DNA of 64,000 nt from Octopus sinensis (lineage: Eukaryota), in the NCBI RefSeq assembly GCF_006345805.1, contig NC_043006.1, forward strand, positions 67,208,001 through 67,272,000, in the 5' to 3' direction. The number at the start of each line of letters is the position of its first letter. The stretch's first letter is position 1. Made by a program: the position numbers and the translations under genes. The notes under the pieces are model-generated. The model saw nothing but the letters and a program-made list of their open reading frames with translations. It did not search any database and had not been told where the DNA came from. Below are positions 54,337 through 64,000 of the stretch, piece after piece.

Positions 54337-54532
54337 TATGAATTTACTGAATCATAAAGTAATATATTTTCAAAATCTGAGGAAACCTCATAAATGATAT
54401 GTTATACATGCACATATATTTTACAAAATGCAGACGAGTGTTTGTAAAATATATATGCACGTATAGCTTATCATTCATGAGGTTTCCACAGATTTTCAAA
54501 AATATATTAGTCCATGAATCGGTATATTCATA
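54337..54532. repeat. Imperfect palindrome (~90-bp arms, 13-nt spacer)
   Basis: taatatattttcaaaatctgaggaaacctcat...ttacaaa / tttgtaaaat...atgaggtttccacagattttcaaaaatatatta. Confidence 0.85.
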
Positions 54533-54539
54533 TTAGTGA

Positions 54540-54689
54540 CTGCCTGGTAAGAAGGCTGCTTCCCAGCTACAAGGGTCCGAGTTCAATCCCACTGCGTGAC
54601 ACCATGGGCAAATGTCTTTTATAATCTCGAGCCGACTAAAACCCGGTGAGCAGATTTAGTACAGGGAAAATGAAAGAAGTCCGTCTTAT

Positions 54690-54690
<1 letters not shown>
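54540..54690 (+). mobile_element. SINE family C head
   Basis: tggtaagaaggctgcttccc...ccgagttcaatcccactgcgtgacaccatgggcaaatgtc. Confidence 0.75.
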
Positions 54691-54721
<31 letters not shown>

Positions 54722-54753
54722 GTATGCACATAAATGTATATATATATATATGT

Positions 54754-54829
<76 letters not shown>

Positions 54830-54958
54830 TAATATATATATACACATAAATGTGGCTAGCCACCCTTAGAGGTTAGACATATATACTTCACATTGTAATG
54901 CAGCTACTGTTTATACCTCGTTCAGAGATTTATTATTACATAAATGTATATATATATG

Positions 54959-55004
<46 letters not shown>

Positions 55005-55310
55005 TTTGTGTCTGTATTTGTCTCTCCGCCGTTTCACAATCGCAAATACTTGCAAGAAATATTTCTGTGTATCTGAGTACTTCAGCATCTTTCATTAAGA
55101 ATGCTACAAGCAGAGATTAAAATTTATGCAGTCATAAAACTAAGTCTATGGAACAGATTTCGAACATGTCATTCGAAAAGTTATATATGCGCACATGCAT
55201 ATGTACAAAGATACAGCCTCACAAAGCACTAGCGCGTGCACATAGATACACGCTATGCACGCAAACACACACACACGTGCACACATACACCCCCCCCCAC
55301 ACACACACAC

Positions 55311-55370
<60 letters not shown>

Positions 55371-55375
<5 letters not shown>

Positions 55376-55599
55376 AAAAGGAAATGAAGAAAATGCTGAC
55401 AAATAATTGAAGTAATTTAAGTAATTAATTAGGTGAAAGTTCTTTTTACCGTTGCGCATTTGTTATGCTTATCAAAATGATAAGCATATTTTGATAAGCA
55501 TAACAAATGCGCAACCGGTAAAAAGAACTTTCACCTAATTAAATTACTTAAATTACTTCAATTATTTGTCAGCATTTTCTTCATTTCCTTTTTATATAT
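55371..55599. repeat. Near-perfect palindrome (~108-bp arms, 9-nt spacer)
   Basis: The arms appear to differ only by single-base indels in short homopolymers. Flanked by TA repeats. Confidence 0.95.
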
Positions 55600-55629
55600 C
55601 ACCACTCGTGTTCGACATCTTCTTTTTTT

Positions 55630-55683
<54 letters not shown>

Positions 55684-55793
55684 TAGTGACATACTCTTCG
55701 ACAGAGTACTATTCGTGCTTTGTAGCGTCACCTATCATCAGCCGTGACTGGATAATGGGATATAGCAAACTTTTAGAAACATCTATATATATA

Positions 55794-55831
<38 letters not shown>

Positions 55832-55864
55832 GAAAATAACACTGACATCTCATTTTAAGATATA

Positions 55865-56640
55865 TTTACCAAAATTACGTAAAAATGGCTTGAAATACTA
55901 AAGAATAACTTTATTCAATAAAATCACCATTGGCTTCAACCACAGCCTCCAGACGACTTTGGAATCTCCTGCAACTCTTCTAGATGGTCTCCTTGTTTAA
56001 GTTGGTGAATGCTGCCATAATCCTTGCCTTCAGTTCATCTTTGGTGTTACAGGGAGTTTTGTTTGTCTGTCGCTCAACTACGCTCCACACACAATAATCA
56101 AGGTGGCCAGATATTAGGGGTGATGTGGTCGCAGAAATTGTCTGACATCCATGACTGGGTACCCCTGCTTGTGTGGCATGGTGCATGGTCCTTTTACCAG
56201 ACATAGGGTCTTCCAGCAGCCACCCTCTTGACCCAGGGCAGTACTACCCTTTCCAGGCACTTTGTTGAGTGTGAGGCCTTGTGAGAAGATGAATGGAAGC
56301 ATAACGTCGTCATCACTAGAGATGACTCCAAACCCCATATTGATTGGATGTTTGATTTGTATCACTCTTGGTTCATGTCCTCAGATTTTACTGTCCTCAC
56401 AGTGACACCCAAACACTCTGAAATGTTCGTATTGGAGCTTCAGGCGCGAATGCCAAGCAGTACAGCATGTGGTTTCCAAATTTCTAGCGGAGTGAAATGC
56501 ATCATGGTGCTGTCTTTCTCACAGACAATGCCCAACTGATCTTACTATAAAGTATAGGGGACAAGATCTAAGACAAACAATGCACATGCGCTAAATTAAA
56601 AAATTATAATAGTGACAATTTACCCATCGCACCCTCTATA
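55865..56640 (-). mobile_element. Tc1/mariner transposase remnant (internally deleted)
   Basis: LDYCVWSVVERQTNKTPCNTKDELKARIMAAF...RLEAVVEANGDFIE and KHP...MGFGVISSDDDVMLPFIF. One end reads ta-tagagggtgcgatgggtaaattgtc. Confidence 0.85.
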
Positions 56641-56774
56641 TATACAATATATATATATACATACATATTTATGATGGTTGTTTACTCGATAGAGAAGCAT
56701 GATCAATGCTGACAACTTACAAGTAGTTCCAACGAACATGAGATCAATAGTAACCCGTGAATCTGACGAGAGAC

Positions 56775-57170
56775 TTGTGTGGAAGCACTCCGTCGGTTAC
56801 GACGACGAGAGTTCCGGTTGATCCGATCAACGGAACAGCCTGCTCGTGAAATTAACGTGTAAGTGGCTGAGCACTCCACAGACACGTGTACCCTTAACAC
56901 AGTTCTCGGGGATATTCAGCGTGACACAGAGAGTGACAAGGCCGGCCCCTTGAAATACAGGTACAACAGAAACAGGAAGTAAGAGTGAGAGAAAGTTGTG
57001 GTGAAAGAGTACAGCAGGGATCACCACCATCCCTGCCGGAGCCTCGTGGAGCTTTAGGTGTTTTCGCTCAATAAACACTCACAACGCCCGGTCTGTGAAT
57101 CGAAACCGCGATCCTACGATCCTACGACCGCGAGTCCGCTGCCCTAACCACTGGGCCATTGCGCCTCCAC
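56775..57170 (-). mobile_element. SINE family B, full length
   Basis: Near-identical to 32440-32824. Confidence 0.9.
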
Positions 57171-57179
57171 ACGAGAGAC

Positions 57180-59230
57180 TAACAATATTTGCCACAGTGT
57201 TTGAATACCTGTCTAGAAATGTGCTACTATCCTCTACCTACTCAGGCGTATATTTTTTGCAAAATTAAACGGTGGCAAGATATTTTCGAAACTGGATCTG
57301 TCTGATGCATACCTACAAATTAAAGTAGACAAGGAATGCTCGAAATTTCTAACAGTGAATACGTATAAATGACTTTATAAATATAATAGATCGCCTTTTG
57401 GTCTAAAGGACGTATCTGCAATTTTGCAACAGGTTACGGATGCGATGTTAGCGGACTGTAAATTCGCAATTCCTTACCTGGATGATGTATAAATTAAAAG
57501 TGAATCACATGATCAGCATATCGAGCATGTAAAGAGTGTTTTTAAAAATATAAGAGATTACGGTTTCACACTGAGTGAGGAGAAATGTGAAATATATTTT
57601 GCCTAGAATTAAGTATTTAGGACACATTAAAGATACGAACAAAAGACGACCTGACCCGTCGAGGGCAGGCGCAATTAAAAATATGCCTCCTCCGACAAAG
57701 CTTACAAGCTTTTCTAGGCCTAGCGAATTATTATCAAAATGGCATAACAAATATGTATAAATTGAGAGCTCCACTGAATAATTTGCTAAAAAACAATGTG
57801 AAATAGAATTGATCAAATAATTAACATCTGATTTCTCGCTGACTCATTTCGATTGTTGTAGCTTCTGACGCTTCTGAATACGGCATAGGAGCAGTAATGC
57901 TATACAAATATAAAGACGATAATATGAAGGCGGTGGTTCATGTCTCACGTTCTCTGATGGCGGCAGAGTAAAACTATAGTCAAATAGAGAAAGAAGCTCT
58001 TGCGATTATTGTTTCCGTGACGAAATTTCACGGATTTTTGCACCGTAGAAGTTTTAGGCTACAAACTGATCACTGATCATTATTATCAATTTTGGGGCCG
58101 AAGAAAGGAATTCATATCCATACTGCAAATAGATTGCAGCGCTGGGCTGCGGTATTGTTGATTTACGACGTTAAGATGGGGTGCATTCCTTCTAAGAAAA
58201 TTGGCCATGCAGATTATTTATCTAGGCTAATTCCGAATAATGCGGAACCACCGGAAGATATGGTGATAGCCACATTACAATCAGAAAAGAAAATTAGAGA
58301 CATTATGTGTAATATCATTCAGGAGCTACCAGTGGCTGTACAAGATATAAAAAAGTAAATCAGCGAAGGACAAACACATAATAAAATTGAAGGAAACTTT
58401 GAAAAAGAAACAAAAGAGAAACACGAATGCGAACCAGTTTTCACTCTGCGACGATGTATTAATGTAAGCACAAAGAGTGGTACTACAAACTGCACTACAG
58501 AAAAGCGTATTACATGAATTTCTTAGTGAGGATGTCAAGAATGAAAGCCTTGATGGGGATTTATGTGTTTTGGCCTACAATGGCCCGGGACATTGAAAAT
58601 TTGGTGAAATCATGTAGAGGTTGGGCGTTAATGTTAAGGCAACACCAGTGAAATACCAATCGTGGTCTGAGACTGATAGTTTGTAGTCTGGGGTACATGT
58701 AGATTACGCTTGACCGGTGAATGGTGCGTACTACTTCATCATTGTTGATAGCTTTACCAAGCGGCTGGAAGTGTGTAGGTGCAGTCAACCTACCTCAAAA
58801 GCAACAACTTTTGCTCGATACGGTGTTCCGAACACCATAGTATCGGACATGGAAACACAATTTACAGGATACAAGTTCAAAACATTCTGCAAAGTGCATG
58901 CAATCAAGCACATGTTTACCACACCCTACCACCCGAGATTCGTAGGCACTTTTAACCGAGCAATAAAAAAAAAAGCAAGGAACGAGTTAGAAAAAGACGA
59001 AGTCAGAATGTCAGTTCAGGCAGGTCGCCTGCAGAGTTCGCTCGGAAGATAAAATCTATCTTCGACAAATTGTTGCCAAAGAAAAAAACGTATAAAGAAA
59101 ATACAAAACATTCAGCAAGATGTGGGAGACAAAGTCCATCTCAAAATACACAAGAATGTGAAAGAAGTTTGGTAAGACCGTATAGTGAGAGAGTAGGCAT
59201 TAATCGAAGGAAGTCTTAAGGTGTCGTCTT
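57180..59230 (+). mobile_element. Gypsy/Ty3 LTR-retrotransposon pol remnant (RT-RNase H-integrase), many stops and frameshifts
   Basis: KLDLSDAYLQI...PFGL...PYLDDV (RT); DASEYGIGAV, YSQIEKEALAI, LQTDH, HADYLSRL (RNase H); VHVDYA...IVDSFTK...GVPNTIVSD...TPYHP (integrase). No LTRs seen. Confidence 0.9.
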
Positions 59231-59364
59231 GATAGTTTGTTGAAATATGGTTTGTTGGTTTGTGACATAGTTCGTGGAGAATTTCTTGGATTGTTACGTT
59301 GTTGTTTCCCTGCTTTCTTATATTTTCATTGTTATATATATATATGTGTTTGTGTGTGTGTGTG

Positions 59365-59755
59365 GGCGTGGCTGTGTAGTAAGGCCTGCTTCCGTAAGAC
59401 TTTGTTCCGTATTTAGTCCCACTATCCATTGCGCGCCACCTTGGGCAAGTGTCATCTATTATATAACTTCACACTGATCAAAGCCTTGTGAGTGGATTTG
59501 ATAGATGGAAACTGTGTGTATGCGTGTGTTTGTGTGTGTGTGTGTGAGAGTATGACCGTGTGTGTGTCTTTGTGTCTATTCGTCCCTCATTACTGATTGA
59601 CGACCGCTTTTGGTGTTTTTACGTGCCTGTAGCTAGCGGTTCGGCAAAAGAGACGGATAGAATAGGAAATAGGCTTCGAAAAAGTAATGGAATCGATTCA
59701 AAAATTTCGTAAGGCGTTGCTTTAGCATGGCCGCTATAGAATGACTGTAACAGGC
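59365..59755 (+). mobile_element. Diverged SINE family C
   Basis: gggcgtggctgtgtagtaag...ccaccttgggcaagtgtc...gcggttcggcaaaagagac. Confidence 0.75.
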
Positions 59756-60079
59756 AACAGTTAAAAGCTACGTATACGTGCATGTATGCATGCATGCATG
59801 TATGTGTTATTAATGTTACACGAACGATAATATTTAGAGAAGAAAAGAGTCTGGTATTTAATTTCATGTTTGGCAGGTTGGAATTTATAAGTAAAACATA
59901 ATTTACAATTAAAATTTGGTGCTTTGTTTTTACTTAGTACCCTAAAATATCATTCACTCTACTTCCGCTTGTGGATTTCATCCCCCTTCTACCACTGTGG
60001 CTAAAATTTGAAACATATTGCGGTTTTATTATATTATATGTTAGATACACAGACACACCCACACACGCACATATATATA

Positions 60080-60146
<67 letters not shown>

Positions 60147-60229
60147 AAATATTAGGGAATAAATCCAAACTTACAGGGAAAAATCAGATTTAGGATTGAA
60201 TCCAATTTTATAGTAAAATATTATATTAT

Positions 60230-60990
60230 ATCAGAGACCTGGGTGTAATTGTTGATGACGATCTCAGTTGGAGTGCACACATCAACAATAAGGTTGATAT
60301 AGCTCGTAGGATGAGTTCCTGGATCTTAAGAACTTTCCGGTCCAGAGAACAAGGTGTCATCATACCACTTTTCTCCTCCTTTGTACGGCCACACCTCGAA
60401 TACTGCTGCCCACTGTGGTCTCCCCATACAAGACAAAACATCTCGAGGATTGAATCACCCCAGATGGCACTCACTAAACGAATTGAAGGCATGGCTGCTC
60501 TCGATTATTGGGATCGCCTTAAAGCCTTGAAACTCTACTCTCTCCAGCGTCGCCGTGAGCGGTACATCATTTGTACGATGTGGAGAATACACCGCCAACT
60601 TTGCCCAAACGACCTGAACATTAGCTTCAAGTTTCATCCAGGACTGGGACCACGGGCCTGCCCAATTCAAGATCACAGCATACATGTACACTGCAACATA
60701 ATTTCTTTTCCTCAACAGGCCCTGCCCTATTTAACATTGTCCCGAAAGAGATCAAAGAGGAAAAAGATCCCATCAACTTTAAACGGAGTCTGGATAGATT
60801 CCTTCAAGGAATACCAGATAAGCCACCCATAATTGGATACAACTCACCCAACAAAATCTCACTACTTGAATGGACCATAAAGAAAACTTGACTTAAACAG
60901 GATTTAGATAATCCTATCAGGTTGTGCTATTAAGTTAGACATGGCCTGGACCAATCTTTGGTCGAAACATATCTAAGTTTATCTAAGTTT
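60230..60990 (+). mobile_element. CR1/L2-type LINE 3' fragment, second copy
   Basis: Near-identical to ~27935-28704, with a short deletion near 60657 and the same (ATCTAAGTTT)2 tail. Confidence 0.9.
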
Positions 60991-61012
60991 TATATATATA
61001 TATATATCTGTG

Positions 61013-61054
<42 letters not shown>

Positions 61055-61055
61055 G

Positions 61056-61114
<59 letters not shown>

Positions 61115-61560
61115 GCATACATACATATACATATATTTGTTGGTGTGTTTTCAGTGTTGTCAGACAGGAATTAATTCATTAAAGTACACTAAACTGCGAC
61201 GATTATTCATCACTAATAATATGCTAAAATTAATCAATTCCAGCTTGACAAAGCTGAACGCACGCCAAGAAATATAATTTTTTTTTGTTTACGTATGAGA
61301 ACGACAGGTCTGTCTAGACGGTAAATGACTAAAACGGTGTCAGTGACTGAAGAATCACTTAGTCATTTTCAGTCAAGATTAATCCCGTACATTTTCTATA
61401 AGGCGAGAATCTTCGAAAACAAATGACTACTACAATGAGTGTCTTTCCATGTCTCAGTTTACATGAGTGTATCAAATAAACTGCTTATATCTGGTCGGTC
61501 ACTTGATCACGTGATATTATATATATATTATTATATAATATATATATATATATATATATA

Positions 61561-61866
61561 ATCACGTGATCACGTGACCGACCAGACCATCAGATGTTTT
61601 TACACATCGCTGGTCACAATGCGTTCGCATTGTTTTAGCCTTCGAATGACGTCACCCCGCTGGCTAAGCGAGCAGGCCAACAGAAGAAAGAGAGAGAGAA
61701 AGAGTGGTGAAAGAGTACAGCAGGGATCACCACCCCCTGCTGGAGCCTCATGGAGCTTTTAGGCGTTTTCGCTCAATAAACACTCACAACGCCTTGACTG
61801 GGAATCGAAACCGCGATCCTTCGACCGCGAGTCCGCTGCCCTAACCACTAGGCTATTGCACCTCTA
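61561..61866 (-). mobile_element. SINE family B with (CACGTGAT)n tail
   Basis: Head at 61866 (gaggtgcaatagcctagtggttagggcagcgg); tail tctggtcggtcacgtgatcacgtgat into (TA)n. Confidence 0.85.
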
Positions 61867-61906
61867 CACACACAACCACAACACACACACACACACACAC
61901 ACACAC

Positions 61907-61946
<40 letters not shown>

Positions 61947-61971
61947 TATATATATATATATAATATTATTA

Positions 61972-62115
61972 GAGACAAAACCACTATTTTGCAAAACAAA
62001 CAAGGAAAGACTTAATCAATACATAAAATTTTAATAAAAAGTCAAAAAAACCGCCACTACAATTGTTCTTGTCCTGATCGACAATCTTCAGGTGGACTTC
62101 CAATCTAAAATATCA
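61972..62115 (-). mobile_element. Penelope-like terminal repeat fragment containing a hammerhead motif
   Basis: Contains the motif at 62053-62097 and abuts (TA)n. Confidence 0.55.
62053..62097 (-). ncRNA. Type I hammerhead ribozyme with one core A missing
   Basis: Minus strand: ccac-CTGAAGA-ttgtc(gatcag)gacaa-GAAC-aatt-GTA-gtgg. Stems I, II and III all pair, and GAAAC is reduced to GAAC. Confidence 0.65.
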
Positions 62116-62499
62116 ATATTTTAAAATATAAAAATAATAATTTTAAAATAATTAAAGTATTAATGAAAAAATATAAAATATAATCTATATATAACCTATA
62201 TATAATCCATATATAATCAATATATAAACAATATATAAACTAAAATAAACCTATCAACAATTAAATATAAAATATAAAATATAAAATATAAAACAAAACA
62301 AAAAATAAACTATATATACACCCATACACATATAACTAATTATATAAACCATATCTAAATACATACACTAAATCACCACACCTATATATATATCCCTATA
62401 CAACACATAAAAACGTCTAGGCAACGATAAATAAATAAAATAGCCAAATACTTCAACACAATACTTATTCATACTCCCTCACACACACATACAACCCAC

Positions 62500-64000
62500 A
62501 TTCCCGCTCTAGAAACGGACATCATTTAAAATTATGAATGGACAAATGAAATAAATGGAATTAAAAATTATATTCACTTGGTAAAACGAACATTACTTAA
62601 AAATTATGAATGAAATAATGCAATAAAACAACAGACATCGCAAATAGACACAAATTACTACGAATTCCTTAACAAAACTACCATGATAAACCAAAACTCA
62701 TAAAAACATATAATGATAAAATCTCCCTTTACTAAACTCTATAACATACCTATATAGCAATGCCCCTAACCTAAACATTCACACACAAATACACACACGT
62801 TAAACCCGCACCCACGACATATACAAATACCCACCTCACTCACACATACCTATACTACATATAAACCTCAACATATACTCCAAAAACCCACTCAACCCCA
62901 CACAGAAAAAATAAACACATACATCCCCAAACCTATATAGCAAACCCATAAACACATTCACACACAAATATACATACGTAAAACACCCACACCATATACA
63001 TATACATACCACTAAACTCGATATATACAACAATATTAACACACCCACACTCATACAGATAAACAAACTACACAACCAAAATACGCACCAACTCACAACA
63101 CAATCCACATACATAAACACTCCAAAGAAAAACAACATTATTACACATAAACGATATATAAAATACATCGTAAGTAACCAGAATATCAAAAATAACAATA
63201 TGACATAAGAGAAATAATATACATACTTTCAAGTCAGTTTCAAATTATGAAGTGAAATTAAATTCTAAGCCGTTAAAAACATCAAACCAAAATTACGTTA
63301 CCATAGGAACATAACTATGTATAAAAAGAATACGCGCTATGGAAGCAAACGTCATTTAAAATTATGAATGGAGAAATAGAATAAATGGAATACAATTATA
63401 TTCACGCGGTTAACCAACATTATTTAAAAAAAATATGAATGGATTCTTTAATAAAACTACCATGATAAACTAAAACTCACAAAAACATAAATGATAAAAC
63501 CTCCCTTTACTAAACCTATAACATACTTATATAGCAATCCCTTTAACCTATACATTCACACACAAATACACACACGTAAACCACACACCATAACAAATAC
63601 AAACACCCACCCCACTCAACACACACCCACAAGTACGTATAAGCCTCAACATATACACCAAACAAAATTACGTTACCAAGGAACTTAACATATGTATAAA
63701 AAGTATTCCCGCTCTGGAAAACGAACATCTTTTAAAATATGAATGGAGAAATGGAATAATAAATGGAATTAAAAATAATATTCACGTGGTAAAACGAACA
63801 CCACTCAAAAGTTACGAATGAAACAATGCAATAAAACAACAAACATCGTAAATAGACAAATTACCACGAATTCCTTAATAAAACCACCATGATAAACCAA
63901 AACTCATAAAAACATATAATGATAAAATCTCCCTTTGCTAAACTCTATAACAAACCTATATAGCAATCCCCCTAACCTAAACATTCACACACAAAATTGG
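62500..64000. repeat. Complex satellite-like repeat, three diverged ~300-370-bp units
   Basis: aaattatgaatgga...ccatgataaaccaaaactca...cctaaacattcacacacaaa at ~62500-62810, ~63290-63590 and ~63660-64000. Confidence 0.85.

Overview
AT-rich eukaryotic genomic DNA with a 100-N scaffold gap at 36437-36536. I infer a coleoid cephalopod, most likely Octopus, from the tRNA-derived SINE families and the very high microsatellite load. No intact host protein-coding gene, rRNA or true tRNA is supportable. Nearly all ORF-track entries are translations of microsatellites or decayed transposons. The window is a retroelement graveyard containing: four distinct R4/Dong-type (restriction-like endonuclease) LINE fragments, all on the minus strand within (TAA)n arrays; a ~555-bp non-coding element sharing their target and orientation; Tx1/L1-like pieces; CR1/L2-type and RTE LINE fragments; Penelope-like remnants with degenerate hammerhead ribozymes; a Gypsy pol remnant; a Tc1/mariner remnant; several MITEs or palindromes; and dozens of SINEs. 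The most interesting signals are (1) a SINE subfamily whose 3' tail matches the local Tx1-like LINE and which abuts the same site of its own family's head twice, (2) the (TAA)n-associated non-coding element, (3) a pre-miRNA-like hairpin in unique sequence, (4) near-perfect palindromes and (5) a G-depleted satellite block at the right end. All family assignments come from motif recognition by eye, not database searches. Element boundaries are approximate.
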